DNA of 64,000 nt from Escherichia coli. GTDB lineage: Bacteria; Pseudomonadota; Gammaproteobacteria; Enterobacterales; Enterobacteriaceae. The position numbers were made by a program, and so were the translations under genes. The notes under the pieces are model-generated. The model did no database searches, had not been told where the DNA came from, and was given only the letters and a program-made list of their open reading frames with translations. The stretch's first letter is position 1. Each line of letters begins with the position of its first letter. Of this stretch, positions 24,163-40,998 are shown piece by piece. The stretch lies in assembly GCF_050320075.1 (NCBI RefSeq), contig NZ_CP190018.1. One strand, written 5' to 3'.

Positions 24163-24840
24163 ATGATGTACCACATTCCCGGCGTGCTATCGCCAAAGGA
24201 CGTCGCCCGTTTTCGCGAACAACTGGAACAAGCCGAATGGGTGGATGGACGCGTCACCACCGGCGCACAAGGTGCGCAAGTTAAGAACAATCAACAGGTA
24301 GACACCCGCAGCACGTTATACGCCGCCCTGCAAAATGAGGTGCTGAACGCGGTTAACCAACATGCTTTGTTCTTTGCCGCGGCCTTGCCGCGTACCCTTT
24401 CCACGCCGCTGTTTAATCGCTATCAGAACAATGAAACTTATGGTTTTCATGTGGATGGCGCAGTACGCAGTCACCCACAAAACGGCTGGATGCGCACTGA
24501 CCTTTCTGCCACGCTGTTTTTAAGCGATCCACAAAGCTACGATGGCGGCGAACTGGTCGTTAATGACACCTTCGGGCAACATCGGGTAAAACTTCCGGCA
24601 GGCGATCTGGTGTTGTATCCCTCCAGCAGCTTGCATTGCGTGACACCCGTAACCCGCGGCGTACGAGTGGCATCATTTATGTGGATCCAGTCGATGATCC
24701 GTGATGATAAAAAGCGCGCCATGCTGTTTGAACTGGACAACAATATTCAGTCGCTGAAAAGCCGCTACGGCGAAAGTGAAGAGATCCTGTCGCTGCTCAA
24801 TCTTTATCATAATCTGCTGCGGGAATGGTCGGAGATCTGA
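24163..24840 (+). CDS. ybiX: PKHD-type Fe(II)/2OG hydroxylase YbiX
   Basis: 225 aa from ATG 24163 ([30 protein letters not shown]). Confidence 0.85.
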   Translation: MMYHIPGVLSPKDVARFREQLEQAEWVDGRVTTGAQGAQVKNNQQVDTRSTLYAALQNEVLNAVNQHALFFAAALPRTLSTPLFNRYQNNETYGFHVDGAVRSHPQNGWMRTDLSATLFLSDPQSYDGGELVVNDTFGQHRVKLPAGDLVLYPSSSLHCVTPVTRGVRVASFMWIQSMIRDDKKRAMLFELDNNIQSLKSRYGESEEILSLLNLYHNLLREWSEI

Positions 24841-24913
24841 CGCTTGAACTGCCCGAGTTCGTCCCTATATTAGCTACACTTAACTGTACAAGTATTGATA
24901 TGGGGAGGACGAT

Positions 24914-25180
24914 ATGGCATCCGGTTGGGCTAACGATGACGCCGTCAACGAACAGATCAACAGTACAATTGAAGATGCGATTGCCCGCGCTCGGGGTGAA
25001 ATTCCGCGTGGCGAAAGCCTGTATGAATGTGAAGAGTGCGGAGCCCCCATCCCGCAAGCCCGTCGGGAAGCCATTCCTGGTGTGCGCTTATGCATTCATT
25101 GTCAGCAGGAGAAAGATTTACAAAAACCAGCTTATACAGGATATAATCGCAGAGGTTCGAAAGACAGCCAGTTACGTTAA
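24914..25180 (+). CDS. ybiI: DksA/TraR-family C4 zinc-finger protein YbiI
   Basis: 88 aa with CxxC...CxxC (CEECG...CIHCQ). Confidence 0.85.
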   Translation: MASGWANDDAVNEQINSTIEDAIARARGEIPRGESLYECEECGAPIPQARREAIPGVRLCIHCQQEKDLQKPAYTGYNRRGSKDSQLR

Positions 25181-25444
25181 CTACAACTGGCGGGATGTAT
25201 AGCGAGTATAATTTGTATTTTGCGTGGCATTCCGTGCCTTTAACGCTGTCGTGACTGCCACGCTGCATAAAACAAGTCCATAAGTTCAACAAATAAATGG
25301 ATTATCAGTATGTTAGATATCAATCAATTTATTTGAACAAGGCGGTCAATTCTCTTCGATTTTATCTCTCGAAAAAAAACGTGATACTCATCACATCGAC
25401 GAAACAACGTCACTTATACAAAAATCACCTGCGAGAGATTAATT

Positions 25445-25705
25445 ATGAAAACTATCAATACTGTTGTTGCTGCTATGGCTCTTTCAACTCTGTCATTTGG
25501 CGTGTTTGCCGCGGAACCGGTAACGGCATCCCAGGCACAGAACATGAATAAAATCGGCGTGGTTTCTGCCGATGGCGCATCCACCCTCGATGCCCTGGAA
25601 GCGAAACTGGCTGAGAAAGCTGCGGCAGCTGGGGCGAGTGGATACAGTATCACTTCTGCCACCAACAACAATAAATTAAGCGGTACTGCGGTAATTTATA
25701 AGTAA
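25445..25705 (+). CDS. ybiJ: DUF1471 family periplasmic protein YbiJ
   Basis: 86 aa, signal peptide, C-terminal ...GTAVIYK like McbA. Confidence 0.85.
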   Translation: MKTINTVVAAMALSTLSFGVFAAEPVTASQAQNMNKIGVVSADGASTLDALEAKLAEKAAAAGASGYSITSATNNNKLSGTAVIYK

Positions 25706-25844
25706 TTCGTAAGCCGGATCAGGCGTTTACGCTACGTCCAGCACAAGTATTTCCCTGTCTGTTTGCCGACAGACGCATATGCTCTAACCCTCATTGATCC
25801 TATGTTACCCTTGTTTGCCCGTCCGCCACTGGACGGGCTTTTTT

Positions 25845-27022
<1,178 letters not shown>

Positions 27023-27023
27023 T

Positions 27024-27065
<42 letters not shown>

Positions 27066-27070
27066 GAAAA

Positions 27071-28033
<963 letters not shown>

Positions 28034-28060
28034 TTACGACTCCTTACCTGACTCACATCA

Positions 28061-30211
28061 TTAACGCCGCCGACGGCGTGGGGATTTCGTTTTTTCTTTC
28101 TTTTTAACTATACCTTCAGGGACTTCCGGTTGCTCTATCGGAAATACCGGTAATGCATCCAGTAGCCGCTTGCCGTAGTTTTTGGTGAGCAAGCGTTTAT
28201 CGTAAATCACCACTTCGCCCCAGCAACCGTGGCTTCGAATCAGTCGCCCAACCTGCTGAATCAGGTTAAACGAGGCGCTCGGCAGGCTTTGCACCTCAAA
28301 CGGATAGCGGTTGAGGCTTTTCAGCCATTCCCCTTCGGTGATCACCACGGGGCTGTCGATGGGCGGAAAAGCGATTTTGTGGATATGCACCTGGCTGAGC
28401 AGATCGCCTTTCAGATCAAGCCCTTCGGCAAATGACTGTAAGCCCACCAGCACGCTGCGCTCACCGTTGCCGACGCGTTTGCGGTGCAGTTCAACTAAAC
28501 GGTAACGCGGCTGATCGCCCTGCACCAGCAACATCAGGCGTAAATCCGTCACATAGTCGAGAAACCGCTGCATCGCCCGTCCGCTGGCAAACAGTACCAA
28601 CATACCGAGATGTTTTTTGCTCTCCACCTGCTCACGGAAAAAGGCTGCCATTTCAGCAATGTGCTGCTCTTCGTTGTCGATGGAAGGCTCAAAGCGCATC
28701 CGGGGAATAACAATTTTGCCCTGTTCGCAGTGGTTAAAGGGCGAATCCAGCGCCACAAAGCGGTCGCCCGCTTTCTCTTTCAGACCACTCATCTCCTGCA
28801 AACGCGAAAAACTGTTCAGCGAACGTAAGGTCGCGGAATTGACAATAATGTGCGGAATACTGCGCCACAGCAGCCTTTCCAGCTGATCGCTGACACGAAT
28901 ACCCACACAGTGAAACCAGAGATGCAGCTGCCCTTCGCGCTCTTCCCGCGTCGCCCATTTGGTCACCGGCGCACCGGAAGATTGCGCCAGAGACGCCAGC
29001 CGCCAGAGTTTGCTTTGCGCCTCGAACATCCCCAGCGCGCGATTCATCTGCAAAATCAACCGATGCAGACGTACAATGTCATGGCTGCCGGTTTTCTCAC
29101 TTAAATCGTTAAGAAATAACTCCGCCAGGCCACGCAGCATCTCGGTGAGTTTTGCCAGCCGCTGGCAGATCTCCAGCACTTCATCTGGCAGTTCGCCCAT
29201 CGCAAAACGGTGCTCTGCCTCCTGCCCGGCAGGCATGTAGAGATTGAGAATGTTGTTTAACGAGGCGATAAGCTCATACAACTCTTCACAATGCGCATTC
29301 AAACGTTCAGGGATCGCCAGCGGCGGGATGGTCTTCGGGCGAAACTGCTCCATGCAGGTAGCGACCAGTTTCGTGAACAAGTCCAACTGTAGTCGATACC
29401 ACGGCGCGGTGATTTCGGCACTCATCTCCAGCGCATCCCGCGCCACATCTGGCAGGTGATGACCTTCGTCCAGCACCAGCAGCAAATTTTTCGGGTCAGG
29501 CAATACGGCTTCGCTTTCCATCGCCGCCATCACCAGCGCATGGTTTGCCACCACCACTTCCGCTTCCTGAATCTCCCGACGAGCGACAAAAAACGGGCAT
29601 TCGCGATAGTAATAACAGTTGCGGTTGAGGCAGCTGGCTTTGTCGGTACTTAAACGACGCCAGAGATCGTCATCTATAGCGATATCAGTATGATCGCGCA
29701 GACCATCCCATTTATAAGTGTCGAGATCGCCCTTCAGCTTCGCACAACGTTTTTGCTCTTCCTGATTATTTGGCGTCAGTTCGTCGTCAAGAAACGCCAG
29801 CAGATCCTGTTGCGTGGGTTCAGTGCTGGCGAGCGCCGTCAGATTACGCGGGCAAACGTAGCGCCCACGCCCAAAAGCGGCAGTGAATTTAAGATCGGGA
29901 ATGATCTTTTTCAGCAGCGGTAAATCTTTGCTGTAGATCTGATCCTGCAATGCCACGTTGGCGGTACTCACCACCAGCGTTTTTTGCTCTTCGCGGGCAA
30001 TGGCGATGCCGGGAATCAAATAAGAGAGCGTTTTCCCAACGCCGGTGGGGGCTTCAATCGCCAGATGCCGCCCTTCTTCTCCGGCCAGCGTTTTGGCGAC
30101 GTCCGCAATCATCTGCCGCTGCGGCGCACGGGGAATAAAGTCGGGGATCTGTTCCTGAAGCGCCTTATACCAGGCGGCAATTTGCGCTTTAAGCGCGGCG
30201 GTTAATGCCAT
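28061..30211 (-). CDS. dinG: ATP-dependent DNA helicase DinG
   Basis: 716 aa; helicase motifs (APTGVGKT, DEGH); ATG confirmed at 30209-30211. Confidence 0.95.
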   Translation of the reverse strand: MALTAALKAQIAAWYKALQEQIPDFIPRAPQRQMIADVAKTLAGEEGRHLAIEAPTGVGKTLSYLIPGIAIAREEQKTLVVSTANVALQDQIYSKDLPLLKKIIPDLKFTAAFGRGRYVCPRNLTALASTEPTQQDLLAFLDDELTPNNQEEQKRCAKLKGDLDTYKWDGLRDHTDIAIDDDLWRRLSTDKASCLNRNCYYYRECPFFVARREIQEAEVVVANHALVMAAMESEAVLPDPKNLLLVLDEGHHLPDVARDALEMSAEITAPWYRLQLDLFTKLVATCMEQFRPKTIPPLAIPERLNAHCEELYELIASLNNILNLYMPAGQEAEHRFAMGELPDEVLEICQRLAKLTEMLRGLAELFLNDLSEKTGSHDIVRLHRLILQMNRALGMFEAQSKLWRLASLAQSSGAPVTKWATREEREGQLHLWFHCVGIRVSDQLERLLWRSIPHIIVNSATLRSLNSFSRLQEMSGLKEKAGDRFVALDSPFNHCEQGKIVIPRMRFEPSIDNEEQHIAEMAAFFREQVESKKHLGMLVLFASGRAMQRFLDYVTDLRLMLLVQGDQPRYRLVELHRKRVGNGERSVLVGLQSFAEGLDLKGDLLSQVHIHKIAFPPIDSPVVITEGEWLKSLNRYPFEVQSLPSASFNLIQQVGRLIRSHGCWGEVVIYDKRLLTKNYGKRLLDALPVFPIEQPEVPEGIVKKKEKTKSPRRRRR

Positions 30212-30225
30212 GAGAAAACCTGAAA

Positions 30226-30241
30226 TACTGTATAAACAGCC
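30226..30241. promoter_or_regulatory. Candidate non-canonical LexA (SOS) box of dinG
   Basis: tactgtataaacagcc (CTGT ... ACAG with shortened spacer) about 15 bp upstream of dinG ATG. Confidence 0.55.
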
Positions 30242-30381
30242 AATATTGTGGCATTTTTCGGTTTTCAGGGGTAATGGTTTTTCTGTTTCTGGAAAGCGGC
30301 TCGCAATAACGTTTTCCGGATGTGAAGTTTTCTCGCGGCAGAAGAAACATCATTGTGCAGCAAAAGACATTGTACATCAGC

Positions 30382-30663
30382 TTATTCCGCTGGCGGCCAT
30401 TGCAGAGCGGTATGTAAAACACGCAGTACCGAGAGCGTATCGCCCTCCACTTGATAGACAAGCACATAATGCGGCCTGACAACGGCTTCATGTGTACCAG
30501 CGACTCGTCCGGCCCGGTACATCTCCGGGCGTTCACAGGCCTGTTCCGCAATGGCTTCAAATTGATTATCAAGGGCTATTGCCGCTAGCGGATTATCTTT
30601 ACTGATGTATTCCATGATTTGCTCCCTGTCAGACAGGGACATTGGCTTCCATTCCAGACGCAT
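30382..30663 (-). CDS. ParE/RelE-superfamily toxin (type II TA)
   Basis: 93 aa; ParE-like pattern (...YISKDNPLAA..., ...VLVYQVEGDTLSVLRVLH...); start shares one nucleotide with upstream ORF stop (TAATG). Confidence 0.7.
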   Translation of the reverse strand: MRLEWKPMSLSDREQIMEYISKDNPLAAIALDNQFEAIAEQACERPEMYRAGRVAGTHEAVVRPHYVLVYQVEGDTLSVLRVLHTALQWPPAE

Positions 30664-31103
30664 TAATCCCCCTTCAGCAAGGCTTTTTTACGGGCAGCAA
30701 ATAGACTTTTGGCCTCTTCATGAGAGAGTGCCGGGCGTGGATCGTCAATGGCGGCCTGCACCTGCTCTCGAAACCAGGCATCATACGCGGCAGCTTCATG
30801 AGCTCGTTTTAATGCCTCAGCCCTGTCTGGTCGGGTCGTTTTCTTCTGACCGTCCGGGTCGTAATTAGAGGCGTCGACTTCAAACCGGGCAATACCAACA
30901 TCTTTCAGGTAGTTGACAACCGTTTCCAGCCGTTTGAACAGGCGGATTTGCCGACTGCGTTGTGCTGCAAGAGGCCGTTCAGTGTGGCCGTATTTCACGG
31001 TCAACGACCAGCCTCCCTGGGTGCCAATAACGTGTGCTGCATCCACTACGCCAGATTCAACCAGTTTATGTAAGGTTGAGTGATCGATCGTTTCTGGTGC
31101 CAT
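30663..31103 (-). CDS. Putative antitoxin, C-terminal PaaA2/ParD-like region with ~90-aa N-terminal extension
   Basis: 146 aa; C-terminal AAYDAWFREQVQAAIDDPRPALSHEEAKSLFAARKKAL resembles PaaA2-type antitoxins as I recall them; translationally coupled to the toxin. Confidence 0.55.
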   Translation of the reverse strand: MAPETIDHSTLHKLVESGVVDAAHVIGTQGGWSLTVKYGHTERPLAAQRSRQIRLFKRLETVVNYLKDVGIARFEVDASNYDPDGQKKTTRPDRAEALKRAHEAAAYDAWFREQVQAAIDDPRPALSHEEAKSLFAARKKALLKGD

Positions 31104-31227
31104 AATGCGCTAACCTCTTTGTATACAGCATGCAATTTATAATTAAAGATAGAGCAATTAATAATAAATTGCAGCACCTTGATCGTAAATTGCCCAGGAT
31201 AAAATTGCGGTAGAAAGAGACTTGTTG

Positions 31228-31250
31228 CGAAGATGCCGGGCATCGCCCGG
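31228..31250 (-). terminator. rhlE terminator hairpin
   Basis: gccgggcatcgcccggc inverted repeat just downstream of rhlE stop, T-run on - strand. Confidence 0.55.
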
Positions 31251-31259
31251 CATAAAAGA

Positions 31260-32624
31260 TTACTGCGCAGCGGCAGGTTTACGCGGACGGCGGCGACGTT
31301 GTTGTTCGCCTGCCGGTTTGGCATCGCCGAGACGACGAGACGGTTTTTCTGCGGGCTTCGCGTTACCAGACTTCGCACCACTTTCCGCACGGCGTGGTTG
31401 CTGTTGACCGCGACCACCACCTTGCCCACGACCGCCGCCGCCACGTTGCTGGCGACCGTTCTGGATCGGTTCGGCTTTGATTGACGGGTCCGGCTCATAA
31501 CCCGGAATCGCAATGCGCGGGATCTCTTTTTTCAGCAGTTTTTCGATATCACGCAGCAGTTTGTGTTCATCAACACACACCAGCGACAACGCTTCACCGG
31601 TAGCAGCCGCACGACCGGTACGCCCGATACGGTGGACATAATCTTCCGGTACGTTTGGCAGTTCATAGTTGACCACGTGCGGCAGCTCTTCAATATCCAG
31701 GCCGCGCGCAGCGATGTCAGTTGCCACCAGTACACGAATATCGCCCGATTTAAAATCAGCCAGCGCACGGGTACGCGCACCTTGCGATTTATTGCCGTGG
31801 ATCGCCGCACTACGGATGCCATCTTTATTGAGCTGTTCAGCCAGATGGTTAGCGCCATGTTTGGTACGGGTAAACACCAGCACCTGCTGCCAGTTCCCTT
31901 TCCCAATCATGTGCGACAACAATTCGCGTTTGCGTTTCTTATCAACAAAGTGAACATGCTGGGTCACCTGATCAGACGCGGTATTGCGGCGTGCCACTTC
32001 GATTTCCAGCGGGTTGTGCAACAGTTTTTCCGCCAGAGCTTTAATATCGTCAGAGAAGGTCGCGGAGAACAACAGGTTCTGGCGCTTCGCAGGTAGTTTT
32101 GTTAACACGCGACGGATATCGTGGATAAAGCCCATGTCGAGCATGCGGTCAGCTTCATCGAGGACGAGGATTTCAACCTGATCCAGCTTCACCGCATTCT
32201 GATGTTCCAGGTCCAGCAGACGTCCCGGCGTTGCAACCAGCACATCAACGCCGCCGCGCAACTTCATCATCTGCGGGTTAATGCTGACACCGCCAAACAC
32301 CACCAGCGAACGAATGTTCAGGTATTTGCTGTAATCACGGACGTTTTCGCCAATCTGCGCCGCCAGTTCACGGGTCGGGGTAAGAATGAGCGCACGTACC
32401 GGACGACGCCCTTTGGCGTGCGGCTGGCGAGTGATCAGGTGTTGCAACAGCGGCAGCGTAAAGCCCGCTGTTTTGCCGGTGCCAGTCTGGGCGCTAGCCA
32501 TCAGGTCGCGGCCTTCCAGCACCGCAGGGATCGCCTGCTGCTGAATAGGGGTGGGTTCACGGTAACCCTGCTCGGCAACGGCGCGCAGGATATCAGGGCT
32601 TAAACCCAAAGAATCGAAAGACAT
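31260..32624 (-). CDS. rhlE: DEAD-box RNA helicase RhlE
   Basis: 454 aa; Q-motif, [12 protein letters not shown] (VLDEAD), basic RGG-rich C-tail. Confidence 0.95.
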   Translation of the reverse strand: MSFDSLGLSPDILRAVAEQGYREPTPIQQQAIPAVLEGRDLMASAQTGTGKTAGFTLPLLQHLITRQPHAKGRRPVRALILTPTRELAAQIGENVRDYSKYLNIRSLVVFGGVSINPQMMKLRGGVDVLVATPGRLLDLEHQNAVKLDQVEILVLDEADRMLDMGFIHDIRRVLTKLPAKRQNLLFSATFSDDIKALAEKLLHNPLEIEVARRNTASDQVTQHVHFVDKKRKRELLSHMIGKGNWQQVLVFTRTKHGANHLAEQLNKDGIRSAAIHGNKSQGARTRALADFKSGDIRVLVATDIAARGLDIEELPHVVNYELPNVPEDYVHRIGRTGRAAATGEALSLVCVDEHKLLRDIEKLLKKEIPRIAIPGYEPDPSIKAEPIQNGRQQRGGGGRGQGGGRGQQQPRRAESGAKSGNAKPAEKPSRRLGDAKPAGEQQRRRRPRKPAAAQ

Positions 32625-32852
32625 AACTACTCCGAACCGCCCCGACCGTTACCGGTGTAGTTTTCAGGGAGATACTGAAAAGGAAAATGACAAAAACCAC
32701 AATGTCATGAGGGAGCGGAGTGTAGCAGTTTTTGTGACGCAGCGCATAAATTATCCCTGTGACTGGCGTTGCTAAAATTCTTAGCCATACTGGACAACTC
32801 CCATATGGAGTCATAATCTTAATCAATCATTTGATTAAGAATGGACTGTGCG

Positions 32853-36243
<3,391 letters not shown>

Positions 36244-36251
<8 letters not shown>

Positions 36252-37377
36252 TCCGATCCTGTCCTGGCGTCGCGTGCGGGCGCTGTGCGTCAAAGAGACA
36301 CGGCAGATCGTTCGCGATCCGAGTAGCTGGCTGATTGCGGTAGTGATCCCTCTGCTGCTGCTGTTTATTTTTGGCTACGGCATTAACCTCGACTCCAGCA
36401 AGCTGCGGGTCGGGATATTGCTGGAACAGCGTAGCGAAGCGGCGCTGGATTTCACCCACACCATGACAGGTTCGCCCTACATCGACGCCACCATCAGCGA
36501 TAACCGTCAGGAACTGATCGCCAAAATGCAGGCGGGGAAAATTCGCGGTCTGGTGGTTATTCCGGTGGATTTCGCCGAACAGATGGAGCGCGCCAACGCC
36601 ACCGCACCGATTCAGGTGATCACCGACGGCAGTGAGCCGAATACCGCTAACTTTGTGCAGGGGTATGTCGAAGGGATCTGGCAGATCTGGCAAATGCAGC
36701 GAGCGGAGGACAACGGGCAGACTTTTGAACCGCTTATTGATGTACAAACCCGCTACTGGTTTAACCCGGCGGCGATTAGCCAGCACTTCATTATCCCCGG
36801 TGCGGTGACCATCATCATGACGGTCATCGGCGCGATTCTCACCTCGCTGGTGGTGGCGCGAGAATGGGAACGCGGCACCATGGAGGCTCTGCTCTCTACG
36901 GAGATTACCCGCACGGAACTGCTGCTGTGTAAGCTCATACCCTACTATTTCCTCGGGATGCTGGCGATGTTGCTGTGTATGCTGGTGTCGGTGTTTATTC
37001 TCGGCGTGCCGTATCGCGGGTCGCTGCTGATTCTGTTTTTTATCTCCAGCCTGTTTTTACTCAGTACCCTGGGGATGGGGCTGCTTATTTCCACGATTAC
37101 CCGCAACCAGTTCAATGCCGCTCAGGTCGCCCTGAACGCGGCTTTTCTGCCGTCGATTATGCTTTCCGGCTTTATTTTTCAGATCGACAGTATGCCCGCG
37201 GTGATCCGCGCGGTGACGTACATTATTCCCGCACGTTATTTCGTCAGCACCCTGCAAAGCCTGTTTCTCGCCGGGAATATTCCGGTGGTGCTGGTGGTGA
37301 ACGTACTGTTTTTGATCGCTTCGGCGGTGATGTTTATCGGCCTGACGTGGCTGAAAACCAAACGTCGGCTGGATTAG
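36244..37377 (+). CDS. ybhS: ABC-2 type permease YbhS
   Basis: 377-aa membrane protein; overlaps ybhF stop. Confidence 0.9.
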
Positions 37378-37387
37378 GGAGAAGAGC

Positions 37388-38494
37388 ATGTTTCATCGCT
37401 TATGGACGTTAATCCGCAAAGAGTTGCAGTCGCTGCTGCGCGAACCGCAAACCCGTGCGATTCTTATTTTACCCGTGCTGATTCAGGTGATCCTGTTCCC
37501 GTTCGCCGCCACGCTGGAAGTGACTAACGCCACCATCGCCATCTACGATGAAGATAACGGCGAGCATTCGGTGGAGCTGACCCAACGTTTTGCCCGCGCC
37601 AGCGCCTTTACTCATGTGCTGCTGCTGAAAAGCCCACAGGAGATCCGCCCAACCATCGACACACAAAAGGCGTTACTACTGGTGCGTTTCCCGGCTGACT
37701 TCTCGCGCAAACTGGATACCTTCCAGACCGCGCCGTTGCAGTTGATCCTCGACGGGCGTAACTCCAACAGTGCGCAAATTGCCGCCAACTACCTGCAACA
37801 GATCGTCAAAAATTATCAGCAGGAGCTGCTGGAAGGAAAACCGAAACCTAACAACAGCGAGCTGGTGGTACGCAACTGGTATAACCCGAATCTCGACTAC
37901 AAATGGTTTGTGGTGCCGTCGCTGATCGCCATGATCACCACTATCGGCGTAATGATCGTCACTTCACTTTCTGTTGCCCGCGAACGTGAACAAGGTACGC
38001 TCGATCAGCTACTGGTTTCGCCGCTCACCACCTGGCAGATCTTCATCGGCAAGGCCGTACCGGCATTAATTGTCGCCACCTTCCAGGCCACCATTGTGCT
38101 GGCGATTGGTATCTGGGCGTATCAAATCCCCTTCGCCGGATCGCTGGCGCTGTTCTACTTTACGATGGTGATTTACGGTTTATCGCTGGTGGGATTCGGT
38201 CTGTTGATTTCATCACTCTGCTCGACACAACAGCAGGCGTTTATCGGCGTGTTTGTTTTTATGATGCCCGCCATTCTCCTTTCCGGTTACGTTTCTCCGG
38301 TGGAAAACATGCCAGTATGGCTGCAAAACCTGACGTGGATTAACCCTATTCGCCACTTTACGGACATTACCAAGCAGATTTATTTGAAGGATGCGAGTCT
38401 GGATATTGTGTGGAATAGTTTGTGGCCGCTACTGGTGATAACGGCCACGACAGGGTCAGCGGCGTACGCGATGTTTAGACGTAAGGTGATGTAA
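37388..38494 (+). CDS. ybhR: ABC-2 type permease YbhR
   Basis: 368-aa membrane protein paralogous to YbhS. Confidence 0.9.
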
Positions 38495-38866
38495 CTTCTT
38501 ATCTTTCGCCAGCAAAGACACCACCGCCGGGCCGGCAAGGATTGCCAGCCCTGCAATCGCCAGCAAAAAGTTGTTTTCCAGTACACGGGACAATAGCCAC
38601 AGCACAATCAGCGCTGCGCCAAAATACCAGGTCGTGGTCAGCTCTTCCAGCACGTCTGCCACCTCACGCCAGCGTTGCTCGGGGTGGCGCTGAAACACCA
38701 GCATCATCACTACCGTGACACAATACAGTGCGCATAATCCCACGCCGACGTGAACCAGAGTCTTACTCATCCAGCCCACCACCAGCAGCGCCACTACCAG
38801 TAAATGCAACATAATCTGCCAGCAACTTAGACCCGTTGCGACACGAACACGTTGTTGCCACTTCAT
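38456..38866 (-). CDS. ybhQ: Inner membrane protein YbhQ
   Basis: 136 aa, 4 predicted TM helices; convergent overlap with ybhR 3' end. Confidence 0.8.
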
Positions 38867-38998
38867 GGCTTCTCTCCTGAAGAATTTATCTCTACTTACT
38901 CAGAGTACCGAACTTTACGGAAAATTCCGTAAGACCGCACCTTTTTGTGACGCCGACTACACTATTTCAATGAGATAAGAGGCAAAGACAGGAAAATT

Positions 38999-39760
38999 AT
39001 GCCCGATCAAACACAACAATTTTCGTTCAAGGTGCTCACCATCAATATTCACAAAGGCTTTACCGCGTTTAACCGACGCTTCATTTTGCCGGAACTTCGC
39101 GACGCCGTGCGTACCGTCAGCGCCGATATTGTTTGCCTGCAGGAAGTGATGGGCGCGCACGAAGTTCATCCGCTGCATGTGGAAAACTGGCCCGATACCT
39201 CGCACTACGAGTTTCTCGCCGACACTATGTGGAGCGATTTTGCCTACGGTCGCAATGCCGTATACCCGGAAGGGCATCACGGTAACGCCGTACTGTCGCG
39301 CTATCCCATTGAACATTATGAAAACCGCGATGTTTCGGTCGATGGTGCGGAAAAGCGCGGCGTGCTCTACTGCCGCATTGTGCCGCCGATGACCGGAAAA
39401 GCGATTCATGTAATGTGCGTACATTTGGGCCTGCGTGAGGCGCACCGTCAGGCGCAGCTTGCGATGCTCGCCGAATGGGTGAATGAGCTACCGGACGGCG
39501 AACCGGTATTGGTGGCGGGTGATTTCAATGACTGGCGGCAAAAAGCTAATCATCCGTTAAAAGTGCAGGCCGGACTGGATGAGATTTTTACCCGCGCCCA
39601 CGGACGCCCGGCGCGCACGTTTCCGGTGCAATTTCCTCTACTACGACTGGACAGGATCTACGTCAAAAATGCCAGCGCCAGCGCGCCAACCGCGTTGCCG
39701 CTGCGGACATGGCGACACCTTTCTGATCATGCCCCTTTAAGTGCGGAGATTCATTTATGA
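38999..39760 (+). CDS. ybhP: Endonuclease/exonuclease/phosphatase family protein YbhP
   Basis: 253-aa translation [21 protein letters not shown]... Confidence 0.85.
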
Positions 39761-40998
39761 AATGTAGCTGGCGCGAAGGCAATAAGATCCAGTTGCTGGA
39801 AAACGGCGAGCAATATTATCCCGCGGTGTTTAAGGCGATTGGCGAGGCACAAGAACGCATCATTCTTGAAACGTTTATCTGGTTTGAGGATGACGTCGGC
39901 AAACAACTGCATGCGGCACTACTGGCAGCAGCGCAACGCGGGGTAAAAGCGGAAGTCTTACTTGATGGCTACGGTTCGCCGGATCTCAGCGATGAGTTTG
40001 TCAATGAACTGACGGCCGCTGGCGTGGTGTTCCGCTACTACGATCCCCGCCCTCGCCTTTTTGGTATGCGCACCAATGTGTTTCGCCGGATGCATCGCAA
40101 AATTGTGGTGATCGACGCGCATATCGCCTTTATTGGCGGGCTGAATTACTCCGCCGAGCATATGTCCAGCTACGGTCCAGAGGCTAAACAGGATTACGCG
40201 GTGCGCCTTGAAGGGCCGATTGTCGAAGATATTCTGCAATTTGAACTGGAAAACCTGCCAGGACAGAGCGCGGCACGACGCTGGTGGCGACGTCATCACA
40301 AAGCGGAAGAGAACCGCCAGCCGGGAGAAGCGCAGGTATTGCTGGTCTGGCGCGATAACGAAGAACATCGCGATGATATTGAACGTCACTATCTGAAAAT
40401 GCTCACTCAGGCACGGCGGGAAGTGATTATCGCCAACGCCTACTTCTTCCCCGGCTATCGATTTTTACACGCCTTGCGTAAAGCGGCACGGCGCGGGGTG
40501 CGGATCAAACTGATCATTCAGGGCGAACCGGATATGCCGATTGTCAGAGTCGGCGCGCGCTTGCTGTATAACTATCTGGTTAAAGGCGGCGTTCAGGTTT
40601 TTGAGTATCGCCGCCGCCCGCTCCACGGCAAAGTGGCGTTGATGGACGATCACTGGGCGACGGTAGGGTCCAGTAATCTCGATCCGCTCAGTTTGTCACT
40701 GAATCTCGAAGCAAATGTCATCATCCACGATCGTCATTTTAACCAGACGCTGCGCGATAATCTGAACGGCATTATCGCCGCAGACTGCCAGCAGGTGGAT
40801 GAAACCATGCTGCCGAAACGCACCTGGTGGAATCTGACCAAAAGCGTGCTGGCCTTCCACTTTTTACGCCACTTCCCGGCGCTGGTCGGCTGGCTTCCGG
40901 CACACACACCACGTCTGGCGCAGGTTGACCCGCCCGCTCAGCCGACAATGGAAACGCAGGATCGGGTAGAAACTGAAAACACGGGGGTAAAACCCTGA
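39757..40998 (+). CDS. clsB: Cardiolipin synthase B ClsB (YbhO), PLD family
   Basis: 413 aa; two HxK(x)4D motifs ([16 protein letters not shown]). Confidence 0.9.

Noticed and set aside
31260-32240. Gly/Arg-rich C-terminal region of rhlE considered as a repeat element or frameshift
   Set aside because: The RGG-rich basic tail is a normal feature of RhlE-type DEAD-box helicases; the reading frame is continuous to the stop.
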